Source: Neodothiora populina | Lineage: Eukaryota | Assembly: GCF_041146345.1 (NCBI RefSeq) | Contig: NW_027191415.1 | Location: 1,116,001-1,180,000, forward strand | Direction: 5' to 3' | DNA length: 64,000 nt | Part shown: one piece after another, positions 12,696 to 25,638 of the stretch | How positions within the stretch are numbered: the first letter of the stretch is position 1 | How the letters are laid out: every line of letters begins with the position of its first letter | Translations under genes and position numbers: made by a program | The notes under the pieces: generated by a model | The model's database searches: none | The model's input: only the letters and a program-made list of their open reading frames with translations | Told to the model about the DNA's origin: nothing

Positions 12696-13163
12696 ATGGC
12701 AGCAGCAAGACTACCGCGCGCTCTCAGCAATCGCCTGACTTCCATCTCTCGGCGTTCTTTCTCCTCAAGTCTCGCCACCCGCTCGTCCTGGTCTTCCGGT
12801 CCAGCGCCACCACGTCTCCCCAAAGAAGACCAAGCCGTGTTCGAGGACCTTCAGCGCCAGTCTTCTGTTTCCGGCGCCTTCTCTCAGCCAAAGCAGCCCG
12901 CTGCCGAGTCGACCACGTCCTTCTCCCGCCCTCAGATCAACCAGTCACCCCATTCAGAACCCACGGCAGAAGAAGCACTCAATGCCAAAGTAGAAGCCTC
13001 GGGCGAAGGAGAGCTTCATCCGAATGTGAGGAGAGGCGCAAAGCCCGAGTTCGAGGGAGATGTCAACCCGAAGACAGGCGAGGTCGGTGGACCAAAGAAC
13101 GAACCCCTGCGATGGGGACACAGCAGTGACTGGAGCTACAATGGACGCGTCACGGATTTCTGA
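12696..13163 (+). CDS. SDH8: Succinate dehydrogenase assembly factor 4 (DUF1674)
   Basis: C-terminal GDVNPKTGEVGGPKNEPLRWG..DWSYNGRVTDF signature; R/S-rich presequence from ATG 12696. Confidence 0.93.
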   Translation: MAAARLPRALSNRLTSISRRSFSSSLATRSSWSSGPAPPRLPKEDQAVFEDLQRQSSVSGAFSQPKQPAAESTTSFSRPQINQSPHSEPTAEEALNAKVEASGEGELHPNVRRGAKPEFEGDVNPKTGEVGGPKNEPLRWGHSSDWSYNGRVTDF

Positions 13164-13646
13164 AGGAGAGACCGACCTAGACAGGATATGAGAGCAATCT
13201 GAAGCATAGACCGAGTCGAGTGTCAGCCGAGTCTGTAAAATCGAAAATCATCAAAAACATCAAAATCATTCATCCACTACATCCAAAAAGGGGGGTCCAG
13301 ATCTATTCAATGTCCGCTTTCATCCTTATTTGGAGATACCCAACTAGTCTCCAGTGCGTCGACCGTTATATGAATAGTGTTATACGCTACGTGGCTCGAA
13401 AACAGCCTGTAGCACAGGAGTAGCCATAATAGTAGTGCGAAGAAGAACCGAATCATGCTACTAGAGGGCTACATTTTCCTTTCAATCGCGACAAGTAAAA
13501 TTTCCTGCGGGATGGGGAGGCTCAGATACGTTTATTGATCAATTTTCGATTTGTCAAAACCATGTAGTTATTCAGAGGACCGCATGTCAAGTGTCCGCAT
13601 TTCTATTGTGCCCCTTCTCTGTAATCTGCCATTCACGGTCACGCTC

Positions 13647-16600
13647 TCAATCCTCCTCATGACGTCCTATGAGAAATGCCCTTGGAATGCCGAATGTGCT
13701 AGAGACAATGTCCGTGGGCGAGAGAGATCCTCCAGCATCGTCTCCGTCCTGCTCACCCTGGCGGCGCTTGATGAACGAGAGTGCAGCCGTGATCGAGTAG
13801 TTTTTATCCCATAGTCGAGATTCATACATTTCCATGGCGGTATTTCTCACGAAATAGCGGTGAGCAATCTGACTTCCCACTGTGCCGACACGGTGAACTC
13901 GCATGATTGACTGCCTCTCGATCGCAGCGCTGCAAGCTTGCTCGCCTAGCAGCACAGTAGTGCACTTCGTGTGCATGTCGTATCCGTTAACGGATACACC
14001 ATATAAACAGATACACACCAGTGTTTCGTCGCCGTTGTTGAATCGCTTGTCTACTTCTGGCCACCGTTTCTGGATGGGCATCCTGCTGGACAGAAATAGT
14101 GTTTTGATACCCATCCATCTCAACAGCTTGTCGAAAGCCGCAGCGGAGATGTGTTGCTGGAAGAACACCAAGACCTTGTTGGCCCCTGTATCCTTCTTAT
14201 CTTCAATGAACTTGAAGACATCGAGTAGCATTTGGCGCATTTTCGGAGACCCCTGTAAGAATTCTACAACGACCCTGGAGTGGTCGGTGGTCATGCTGGC
14301 ATTTCTGTTCTTCTTGAGCTTCATGCGATACAAAAGGGCCGCCAGATTCTCCTTGTCCCAGGACTGAATGACGCGTAGCTTGTTCTGGCGAAACGCGTGA
14401 AGACCAAGGTGGGTGCAGTTGACAGTGCACTGATTGAAACGCGAGCCCAGCTTCTTGTTGTTCTCTGCTGCATGAGGGCCGTCCATGTCTGCTTCATCGG
14501 CAGTGAGTGTGACGTTCAAATCTCGTCCGCATTCCTTTTCCTGCTTATTGTACATGGCCAGATTCTCGGGCGACAATTGTACATCTATGCGCCTCCTCAC
14601 GATGGGTGGGATCGTGTCTGTGACCTGTCGAACAACCCCATCGGCATCGATGTAATCGGACTCTGAGTTGCGAGAGAGCATGCATTTACTGATGGCATAG
14701 CACATTCGTTGAGCTACCAGATGCTTTTTGGATTCTCCCAGCCTTTCCAGAGACAGGATGTGGTATCGTATTGCCTCGGGAGTCAGGCATCTTCTCCACT
14801 TTGCGTTGCCCTTCTGGATGAAACTGTATGGATTCATAGTAAAAGGAGGCTTCACAATCTCGTCTTTACCCGCGAGTTTTCCATCTATGCCTAATCTTCT
14901 GTCTGTGGCAGCACTGGCGGATTTCTTCGCGCTGTAGAAGTAAGCGGGCCCGAGGTGGGAGCATATCCAGTTCGGGTTTTTGACAAAGTCGCGGCGGTCC
15001 TGTGGGCTCACTAACTCGATGCTTGAGCAGCGCCGCTGCAATGCGTCCCATTCCACCCCAGAGGCAGCAGACGGAGCGAGTCGTTCTGAGTATCTACCAG
15101 CGTGATATCCTTCACTGAGATCAAATCTTTCTGGCTCGGCCAGCGCTGGAGCAATAAACTCATCCATATAGTCATCCACATGCTTGTCCCTGCCTGCATT
15201 GATATCCGCGTTGACGAACCGTAGGCGGTCTTCTTGCTCTCTCCGGTGTTCTTGCAGAAAATGTCCATGCAATTCGCAAGTTCACCAATGCCGTTAATAA
15301 AAGGAGTTCCGGTGACAATCCATGTGATATCGGCTTCGAAGTGTCTGAGTACCAGACCACGTTTAGTCTTCATACCATTCCGAATGTTGTGACCCTCGTC
15401 CATGATGATACGGTAGAAGAGACCGCTGAAATTTGGCTTGGGATGGAGGGCTCCAAGCTTCTCGTAACTGATTAGCAGAATGTTTTGAGCTGTATCCTTA
15501 CTTGTGAAACACTGGTTCTCGCGAGTGAAGACGATGTTCACCTCTTTAAATACCCCCTTTGGCTGGCTGCTTGTGTCTACCATAAAGAAACAGGTGAAAG
15601 TTCGGCAAACTGCGAAGGATTTCTGCCTTAGTTCTTTCCAGCAGCATCGCCGGCACAACAATCAAAGTAGGACGCGTCACAGGCCTCTTGAGATTCCTCC
15701 ACATCACATTGCTTGCATAGATGAGACTCAGGTAGAGGTGGGGTTTCCCAATCCCATCTCGTCAGCGATGAAACCAAAACCAAGGTCTATCTCTTGTCTG
15801 AGACACCATGCAAGCGCAAGGACCTGGCTGTCTCGATGCGCCTGACCAGTATCGCTGCCGCCAGTCTCAAGATTTGGCCGCGGTGGCAGACAACCTTGGA
15901 TAAGATGGTCACCAAGCATCCTGGAGAGTTCAGACTGTGCCATCTTCAGATCCCGACTTTGTTCGTGATTTGTCTCGGTATAAGCTGCCGCTCTTTTCAT
16001 CACATCGACGTTGGCATAGCTGTACTCTTGACTTCCATCATCAACATTGGTCACAGAAGCTGAGAATGCGGCATCTTTGTTGAATGCTTCGACGGGCTTC
16101 TCCAGTCGCTCGTTCTCTCCGCAAGACTGCTTGACTTTGGCGAGTGTGTCGCGAATCCATTTTCCACTTCGTCTAGGGTCTTTGAACCAGCCAGTCCCAG
16201 CCAGATGATTGGGGCAGCACAGTGATGGCTGCGCCTCTCTCGGGTTCGGCTGTGCCATCGGTATGATCATGGGTCACAGAGAGCTTGGCTTGAGACCGGA
16301 GAGTTGTCCATGCCCGTTCAATTTCATTCGTCCAGTCTTCGTCTGTCGATATTCGATGTAAAGCATCGACGTCATTCGGGCTAACACTTTCGACAGCTGT
16401 GATGATGTCGCACCTGGGATCAAGTTCGAAACCTTCAAAGAGCCAGTCATTCAATGCTCTCACAATCTGCACGTTTTTGGCATCTGTGACGCATGTACGT
16501 GTTGGTCCAATGAAAGAGACTAGCGAGCATGGACCTGCACGTTCATGTGGTGCGCGTTTCGATCATCGGTCGAGCTTAAAGACTGTTCGCTCCTTTTTCT

Positions 16601-17357
16601 GCGGTTTTGACGCGGTCGCGACGCTTGGCTTGTCGTAGCACCAGTTGCTAGCTCCTCGCCGAAGAAATGCTGCAAAGCATCAAAATCACCATGGTCTAAT
16701 GTTAACTTGTTAGCCAAATTTACAGAGGAATAAGGACACTCAACCATACTCACCACTCTCGTAATCAGTAACAATGTTTCTCAACCATGCATTGTCAGTA
16801 CGGCCATAATGCAACCAGCGTGCTTGTGAACGCACAGCGCTTTGGTAGCACATGTCTCTGTTGATCGCCAGAAGAATCTGAAACGCGATGGCGTATTTCT
16901 CACGCCGCTTCTCAGCGTATCTGCTGATGTATGTAGGGGTGTGATGACGCTTTGCGTCTGTCTGAAGGTTGCTAGCAGCAAGAAGACTTGCATTCTGCTC
17001 CAGATCACAGACAATTCGACGAATGGTGAACGCAGCCACCTCCTCAATTCCGCAGAACTCTCTTGGATCAGGGCCGTCCGCTGTGAGTCTGCTCGGTGCA
17101 TCTAGAGGTGTGAGAGCATCATAAAGGACGTCGAAGCTTGGCAATTTTCCTTTGGTGGTCTTGAAATCCAGGCCTTTTCTCGTTTTCGAGAAGCAGAAGT
17201 ATAAGGCCATTTTCTTTGCTAGATGATCTCTGAAATAAGCCTTGAAGTCACGAGTGCCCAGAAGACCCAGGCCTAGCTGCGCGATGTTCTGTATAGAACA
17301 CGACGGCACTTCTATCGAAGTGCCCATGTTGTTCACATAACGTGATTTAGGAGCCAT
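13647..17357 (-). pseudogene. Large SNF2-family ATPase/helicase gene broken by multiple frameshifts
   Basis: Motif I GFIADEMGLG; motif Ia RPTLIVVP in a shifted frame; ISYE; motif II RIIMDEGHNIRN; motif III TGTPFIN; HELICc SPKM..KVLVFFQ..QSIMRVHRVG. Frame changes near 15740, 15555 and 15260, and further upstream. Joining the 5' ORFs (16270-17357) to it is inferred. Confidence 0.85.
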
Positions 17358-18429
17358 TGAGACTTCGAGGAGTTTGTAAGACTGACAAGGGGAAGTTTTC
17401 GTAAAGTAGAAATCATAATGAGGTTGTTGAGCATAAGGTACCTTAAGGAAGGTTGAATCCCAGATGCAGTCGTAAGCGTGTCGCCAGTAGTAACTCCATC
17501 CTCTGCTGGAGTGTTCTGCGCCTTTTCAAGCTCTCGGGCCGCAGCAGCCTTCTTTTCAGCAGCTCTCTGTCTGCGCGATCTTTTTAGATGACCCTTTCCA
17601 GCAGGGTTCAGGACCGGATCGAACATCCAGTTGTATGATCCTGGTGTCTGTAGAGGCGCCATTTCGTGCTGAAGAAAGACCAGGGAACGGGAATGGTAGT
17701 CCCGTACAGCAAAGCTGGGGTACTGGTGCAATAACGAGATGAAGGTAGAGATATACAGGTGTTGATGCGAGGGAATAGGATCGATAGGAAGTAAAGTTGT
17801 CCAATGGTAGAGATGGAAGTAGAGAAAGATGGCAGATGACGCGAGGGAACAAAATTGATAGTGTCTCACACCAAAGCTGTGGTACTGATTCAATAGCGAG
17901 ATGAAAGCTAAGTGAGGTCGGTTATTGTGATGCAGACGCTAATCTGTATAGAAGTCAGAGATTGATACAGCTCTCACTCTGGCATCAGACGTGAACCCAT
18001 CACTTCTGCTATTGATAAGTGAATGCATCGCTGCTATTAAAAGGACTTACTAGCAAGAACATCTTGGCGATTGTACTAATGAGTGCTGTCTCCTCTAATT
18101 TCACTGACACTGTGAATTGATAGCATGGACAGGGTGAGATATACGTGAGATCTATAGCCTTGCACAGCGCGTAAAGTGAGGCCTCTTAGTATACGACTAG
18201 TGGAAAACAACTGCATCCTAAAGTACCTCACTACCAGACTACTCTTGACAGTGCAGTGAGACCAAGGTCAAGGCACCTTGGTGTTCCTTCCACGATCGGA
18301 GCGATTAATCTTACAAGAAGAACTTTTTCCTCTGCCGTCGACTGACTGACTTTATATCATCAACACTCAATCGACAATTACACGTTATTCTCACCTGATC
18401 GATCATAGTCTACAATATGGCTCGTATGT

Positions 18430-18940
18430 GCAGAGTCAACTCAAATATGTATTGTCGTGATGCCTTGGCTGCAAACGAAGTGAGCGGGCGCTTTCGCCTG
18501 CTCAGACAAGTCTCCAGTCTGCAATACCAGGTGAGATGACTTCTTGTAGCTAAGTAAGGATGTTCGACTCACGTATGAACCCCAAGCTCGACGGCGCCAA
18601 TGACGATGACGACGATTATAAGCCCAGTCAGCCACCATCCAGCATGCGATCGCGGGTAGGATCAACGTCGAGCAAGAGAGGGCCTCTCACGCGCACCTGG
18701 CACCAGCACCGAAATCTCAGATCTCAATCAATAGCGTTATATTGATATAGACCTCTGAAGCATGTCACAATAGTATAACATATTATCAAGTCTTTGAGAT
18801 GCGGCAGACTTTGGGCGTGTGCCTGGGGGTCGTGCCTGGGGGTCATGCCCCTCCCCAGACTGGAGGTAGGCTGACGTAACAGCAATCCTCTGCATTCTCC
18901 GTGTAGTTTCTAGGAAGGCTGGGTCTCTGTTTTGGGCCAT
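18430..18940 (-). pseudogene. Remnant of a small membrane-anchored protein gene containing repeat copy C
   Basis: MAQNRD..PPGTRPKSAASQRLDNMLYYCDMLQRSISI*, followed after stops by hydrophobic WWLTGLIIVVIVIGAV. Confidence 0.4.
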
Positions 18941-19467
18941 TTTGATTGGTATACAACAACGAAGTTGTTGTGAGGTAAAGTGACGGAGTGCAAGGTGATC
19001 GAGATTGCAAGAAGGGATCCGGTTGGAATTGAATCCAAAGCTGGCGATAGAAACACTCGCATAAATGGAAGTCGCAGGCTGCCTATATCGGAGGCACCTT
19101 GTTGGAAACTGCAAGCTCGCTAATGCTGCATTGCCTTTCCCTGCCTTCCTATCTTGCCGCAGATCCATCGCTGCTACTACACCGTCGCTGAGTGATGGTT
19201 GAAGTCATGATCGAGGACATTGTGGGATGGCAGCTGTATTGGAAAAAGGGTAACTGGGGGTATCTCATTTATAGTAGTCTCTAGAAGGGTAAAAAAGAGG
19301 AAAAGCTGGCTGGTCAGTCATATGCTGATCGTCCATCCGTTTATCTACACCGCGTTATCGTTCCGTGGACAGGTGTCCCTTACAAGCCACATATGTACAG
19401 CGTCTGTCGTTGCGTCGAGCAAGACGAGGTCTCAAGCCATGTACAAGCAAATAGCCAAAAAGAAGAA

Positions 19468-21115
19468 TCAAACGCCGCTTCGGGGCTGCACACTCCCGCC
19501 GATCCCCTTTTCCAAATCATACGAAGCGTGATTGTTGTAGTCTTGACTCAGCGTTGACGATGAGTGGGATTCCTGGGGCGGTCGCACGAGGTCTCTGCTT
19601 CTCTGATGGTTCGTGGACGGATGGAGATGCGATTGGTGCTGTTGATAATAGGTGTGGTTTCCTTCTTCAGCTTCTAGCACGCTCATCTCGATCGTCGTCT
19701 CGGCGCGGATCCCGTCCGCAAACACCATCTCGATACTCGACGAGTCGTTGGACAGCGACGAGGAACTCGAGCCGCGGTCGTGACCTGTTCCGTTTCCGCC
19801 AGCTTCGATTCGGCTGCGATAAGGTCGCACTTCTCTGACGCCCGTCTCTCCAGTCGATTTTGTTGTTGTCGACGTCGCATGCGAAATCGCCGAGCCCTCG
19901 ACAATCTTTTGGAATTCGTCCAGCGAATGTCGCGTCACGTTCGTGCGCGTGCCGAGACCTCTTGTCATGGGGCCCGTGCTGGTCACCGTGCCTCCGTGCG
20001 TGCCATGTGGGTGGCGGCGTTTGTACATGTTCGACGACACAAATCCGGGTGTCCATGATTTTAATACTGGCAATGCTTCGCGAAGTAGAGGCCAGATGCA
20101 TGGTAGGTTTGCGACGTAGACTGCGACCGAGGCTTCGCGCGTGTACCAGAACATGTACGAGTCGGCGTAGACGGAAATGAAGAACTCGGCTTTTGTCAGG
20201 GCGGCGGCGACGATGACGAATATCCCCATGGAGAAAATGACCAGGAGGATGACTTTTTGTTTCAGAGGCACTGATACTTGTAGGATGAGCGGCAGAGGAA
20301 CGAGCATCATGAACAGATCCGAAGAGATGTTAAATATTCCTTGCACGATGGCGTAGTCGTATAGGACCATGCAGTTCCCTGTAAAGCTACCATTAGCATA
20401 GAAATTAGGATGACGAGAAACAAACTCACTCGGTGGCGAAGGCACAATTTGCCAATACTGACTGAACGGGATACATTCGCAGAAGAAGGCCAATTGGCAA
20501 GCGACATAGCCGACAGCAACATAAATAGCTATAGCTTTGACCGCGAGGTGCTGCCTCAAGCCCATGGTGAGGCGGTTGTACAACAACAGCATGCATACTT
20601 TTAGCGTCCATATCACATTAAGCATGGACTGGAAATGGTCAGCTTTGTGAATAGTAATGAAAACAGAGAAGACTTTACCTGTTCGGCAACCAAATCAATC
20701 TTCGCACCCCTTTCCCTCAATTTGATCTGAATCTCCGTCAGAATAGACACATCTTCCCCAGGCATAGCAAGCGCGGAGCCTCCACCTTGGGCAGTAAGGT
20801 TCAACGTGACTATAAGCGTTGTATACCACGCCTATAACCAAACAACGAATTAGCAAACCGTTGCGTAAGTAAGTCGCAGTGACACGAAACGTACTGCAGC
20901 TAAGAAAATAAGGTAGTCATCAATCTCCAGACCCCTCCATGACATTTTGCGTATTCTAGCGAACCTAATATCTGTCAGCGAAAAGGAAGCACAAAAGCGG
21001 CGGAGTCCACCGACGTTCTCAAGGCTATTACGAGAATGCCGAGCGTATACAACGCCCACGACTCCCGTTCTAGTTCATGCTGGAATGAAATGGGAAATGC
21101 TTGATAAGTAGCCAT
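19468..21115 (-). CDS. Pth11-like (fungal rhodopsin-domain) integral membrane protein; introns 20965-21014, 20832-20894, 20629-20678, 20379-20429
   Basis: Spliced ESWALYTLGILVIALRTFAR..DDYL..WTLKVCMLLLYNRL..CIPFSQYWQ..NISSDL..REASVAVYVANLP; seven hydrophobic segments. Confidence 0.9.
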
Positions 21116-22418
21116 CTCGGCCGTCTTCTACAACTACTCCAACACAAAAAAAAGAAAGAGAAAACCGCAGAGAAGGAACGGTTGGTATGTGTATCTCGAG
21201 ATCAGCGGACACGCGACCGACACGCCGTAATCGGGCTGTGCTTGCGGAAAGAGACCAGAGAATGTGAGACTTTTGATATAAAAAGATCGACTGGCACGAT
21301 TTGTCTTTCGCGAGTTGTCCGCGCTTGATGAAGAAAAGATCAAAACATAGTTGTCTCTATTTCGTTATAGTGAGAGGAGGAAAAGGACCCGGGGTGGTTC
21401 AAGGGTTTTCAATGTGACTCGCGCCTAATTTGCACACACAAATGCTGCGAACCATGTGACAATAGGTATATCGTAAAAACCAAAAGGCAGTTCGGGGACT
21501 GGCCACGGTCACTAAAAGCTCGAGCGTGCCCTTTGATTTGTCTACTGCCGCCCCGCCGCATCACACACACGTACCACACACAGACGCGGATCTAAGTGTT
21601 TCTATCGACGAAAAGGGAAGTCACCAGGGATGAGTGGAGCTGGGTTCGGCGGGGCGGGTCTTGTGTGTATCTAGAGTGTGGTTGGCTGCGGACTGCATAT
21701 TGCTTGAACTAAATTCATACGTTCTTCTCGAACATAGGCGCTGCAAGGCAACGACGCTTGCCGTAGCTCCGCGGGCTAATGCCAGTCTAGCGCCGGTGCT
21801 TCGTGGTCCTGCGATCAAGCGATCCCACGTGGATGAGCAGGGGTGGCATTTTTGATTGCCTGTTATCCATTGATCTCCCAAGCAGTCGGAACTGGTATAC
21901 GAGACGAGTCCAGACAAGCCTTGTTTCCTCTTGAGTGCAAGACAGTCAATATTAGTCGGCCGTGTGGGGAGAAAGTCAAGATACACAAAAGAGCAAAAGA
22001 AGTGGACCCGGACCCGAGGTTTTGCACGGAGTTTTGACTTGGTACGAACAAGAGGTCTTACAAGCTTTCGAAGCTGTTAAGCCGAAGGTTTAATTGTTCT
22101 CGCTTGGCAACAGTTCCACCCGACTTCCACAGCTGTACTGTAGGATGCAGAGCGTGTGTTTCAGCCCAAAAGTCTATACAGAGGCCCTGATGGAAGGACG
22201 ACGACAGGGTCAACAAGCCACTATAGAGGACTGGAAAACACAGCAACAAGGAGCGAGCGGCATCTCAGTGAATTGATCGAAGATACAACAGAATCCGATC
22301 GCGGCAAGTAGACCAACTTTTGCTTATTTCCACCTGCTCCACATAGGTAGCATCTCCACCCTATCTGCTAAGGTACTGTGACTGCAAGCGCAAAATACGG
22401 CAACAGACCAGAGAAGTA

Positions 22419-22576
22419 TAAAGGAGCTCAATGTTAGTTAATGACTTCTCAATAAATGGTCGATGAGTCCCTAATCGACAGTCGATGAACCTCTCGTGAA
22501 AAGTCAATGAGTTTTGAGTTAACAGTCAGTGAAATTGCAATGAATAGTCAATGACTTTCCGATGAATGGTCAACGA
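22419..22576 (+). repeat. 22-bp-period array, forward, with terminal motif
   Basis: Units start at 22441, 22463, 22485, 22507, 22529, 22551, 22573 (exact 22-bp phase); preceded by TA-TA-AAGGAGCTC. Confidence 0.9.
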
Positions 22577-23484
22577 TGGAAAACGAGTTCCTCTGTAGTA
22601 GAAATCTCATTCAGTAGCGGGCGACGCGACTTTCTATCAAGGCGACCATGTTCCCAGCAAGGAAACAGACGCGACGGCAAACTAAAAAGAAAATCGCTCC
22701 ATGAGCTGCTGCCACCCACTGACTCGTGGGTTTCACATGCAGTCGGGTCGACTTGACTTTGACCGTGGGACTCGAAAATCTGACGCAACGTGTGTAGATC
22801 ATACAGTGACAGGGTGTGCTTTGCAGATCATCATACTCGACCGACCGAAATACCGACCTACCGACTCTCAGGTTCATGGCAGTCAGCCAGCCCAGCCAGC
22901 CATACCACGTCGCCGCAAGAGGGAGGGAACATGATGAATCCGTGCATCCGTTTCTTTGGTGTCCTTGCCCCACCCGTCCCATCCATCCACATCAATTGAC
23001 CCTCGCTCTCCACCCTCGCCTTCCCTGTTCGGCTCGTGACTTCCGAACGCCAATAAATCGCAAGGGTAGCACCTAGATTAAAAATGTGGAAATTGGTACA
23101 AGGTCACGATGTAAAATGCAGAGGAAGGGGAATCGTATCTGTAGGAGACTGCCTGGGTACCGTATGTATATGTATACGGAGCGCGCCGCAGTATCCTATC
23201 TTTCGGCATCTCCGTCGATATGCGCTCTTTGTTCTCGCCGAGGTATAAGGAGAGAAAGAGATTATGAATTCGAACAGCAGAGCAGGGTGCACGAGTAATG
23301 TCATGGCATCTTCGCAATCGACAGAAGTCTAAATTATCAAATACCCTCGAAGATCACCAGATTGCCATGGTTGACCCGATCTCGATATGAATCGAAAAAA
23401 GAGTATCTGACGTGCTCTTGCGAGAGTGCGAGGGAGGGGCCTGAAAAGAGAACCACGACTCGTACACAAAGGAACTCGTTCTTA

Positions 23485-23679
23485 GGCATTGACCATTTAC
23501 TGGGGAGTGATTGACAGTTCATGCGCTAGTCCTCGCCATTGGTTCATTGACAATTCATGCGCTATTCATTCACTGCTCGCTGAAGAGTCATTGACCATTC
23601 ATTCGGGAATCGAAGACCCTTCATGGAGGAGTCATTGCATATTCATTGTGGAGTCGTTGATCAAATCCAAGCTCCTTCG
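23485..23679 (-). repeat. 22-bp-period array, reverse, with terminal motif
   Basis: Unit ends at 23489, 23511, 23533, then (after one 14-bp step) 23547, 23569, 23591, 23613, 23635, 23657. Confidence 0.88.
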
Positions 23680-23906
23680 TAGTCAGTCGCCGACAGAAAA
23701 GCTTGGATAGCAGCAGCATTGATGATCACACACGAATTTGGGATCTATTTCGGCCGTGGAGAATAAACTTCAAGTCGTGGGGGTGAGGGCGATTATCATA
23801 TCAATCTGATCATTGTTCTACTGAATCCTGCTCGCTTGCTTCATTAAAAACGCCTCGCTCATCTAATTATACTTATTTGCTCAAAGCTCGTGGGCGGTTC
23901 GTTCTT

Positions 23907-25236
23907 CTAGACCTCGTCGTCCAGTTCCATACCCATAAGGTAGCTATGCGAGTCAGCAGATGAATTGCAAAATAAGGGGGTGGCTTACCCTTCGTGGATA
24001 CGCATAAACTTGGCGACGAACGCCTCGAGATGGAATATGACTTTCTGTTCGCTGTCAGCTGCACATCAGGCAGAATCGGGGTGGTGGACTGACGCTTCCA
24101 TTGCGAATACGATGCTCATAAAACGCAGCCCATTTCACGATTTCTGCTCTAAGCCATTCGTCGATCTTGGGCAAGAGTTTAAACGTCAGGGTCTAGTATA
24201 GTCTTGTCAGAGAAGTGGTTCGGTTGGCTCAGGGGGGAAACATACCTTTAGAATGACCGTGGCGGGAATGCAGTGTGTCAACAAGTCGTAAAGCTTCGCT
24301 CTGACTTGCAGTATCCTGGCTGGGGTGTGCTCGTCAATAATGTCTTGGGCGATCTGAGATATCAATGCTTCCCAGTCCGGTGGCGGGATGGGGGTTTTCT
24401 CATTGACTTGCTCACTGCGAGGCAAGGTCAGCTGTTGCTTTGGTGACCTGCTTAACAATACCACATACTTTTGCGCGTGCACTGCTTCAAACATCAGGAG
24501 GGCGCGCCTCAGATTGCGACCGCTCTCCACGGCGATTCTTCTTTCTAATGCTTCGCTTCGTGGGTAGTTTTCTTTCTTGCCTACTTTGGCCAAGACATCG
24601 CAGATCTGGTCTTCGGTGGGTGCAGCGACTCTCACCAACAACGTTCGACTGCGGATAGGGGCAATGATATTGCTTGTGCTGTTGGCCAGCAGAATAAGAC
24701 GGAGATTGGGACTGTATTTCTCCATTGTGCGTCTCAGAGCAGCCTGGGCGTCTCTGGTGAGATGATCTGCCTCGTTGATGACGACAACCTTGAATCGCTG
24801 TTTTGCATTGAGATCGACTTGTTGTGTTTGTGCCACCTCTTTCAGCAGATCCTGAACGACGACTCTGTCGTAATTTCCGACATCGCTGGGAGTGATTTCG
24901 AGGTGGTAGTTGGACGAGACGATGTTGAATTCGAGTTTGCGGTTGCTGGTGGTTTGGAAGACACGAGCGTCAATCTTGATTTTCTCCACACCAGGTCCAT
25001 ATAGAGCTCTCAATGTGGCTGTGATGCGTGTCTTTTTGCCTGCTCCAGATGGACCATAGATCAAGAGATGTGGAAAGTCGCCGCTTTGTGCCTTGAGAGG
25101 AGGTGGCTTGTCAGTGTGGTGACTTTGGGAGGAGAAAAAACGGTCTTACCAGAGCTCGGAGTCTGTCTGATAAATCATGATGATACGTCAAGGCTTCGAG
25201 AGAGCGAGGACGGTGTTTATCGACGAGTAGAGACAT
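23907..25236 (-). CDS. RFC5: Replication factor C subunit 5 (yeast RFC5, human RFC3); 5 introns
   Basis: MSLLVDKHRPRSL, GDFPHLLIYGPSGAGKKT, NEADHLTRDAQAALRRTMEKY, KVIFHLEAFVAKFM; introns 25092-25149, 24415-24468, 24193-24245, 24045-24093, 23944-23988. Confidence 0.96.
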
Positions 25237-25638
25237 GATGATGGCGATGATGTGTTGGTGGTGGATGAATTGTTCAGTTTCTGTCTCTTTCTCTCAAGCA
25301 GCAGCAGATGGCGGACGCGTTCAAATGAGGCAAGAGCGCGTTCCACTTTACGCGACGTCACCACGCGCTCACCTTGGCGGGGCTTTCCTCATTGAGAGCA
25401 TCTGTTACACCTCACATTTTGATATATACGTTCCAAGACCGACTCGCATGCAGGCGTGTGAATGTATGTCAGTCGGCATTCGTGTAAGATCTTTGATGTA
25501 AACAAGACAGCAGACAGCTTATCAGACTTCGATCTCGGTCCGCAGTGTTGCGCCATGTCCCAAACCAAGTCCCCATGACAAAATCATAAATCATTATTCC
25601 ACATCATGTTCATCGTAGCTCATTGACGCAAAAGAAAA

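Larger units (their letters stand above)
22419..23679. mobile_element. Putative non-autonomous TIR element (~1.26 kb) bounded by inverted 22-bp arrays and TA dinucleotides
   Basis: AAGGAGCT at 22421 and AGCTCCTT ending 23677, equidistant from the outermost units; TA at 22417-18 and 23680-81; non-coding interior. Confidence 0.55.

Noticed and set aside
18335..18415. Possible extra array (gtcgactgactgac..tcatcaacactcaatcgac)
   Set aside because: Could not establish a 22- or 33-bp phase.
3400..19200. Starship or Helitron identity for the islands
   Set aside because: No tyrosine recombinase (DUF3435) or Rep/PIF1 motifs recognised in the window.
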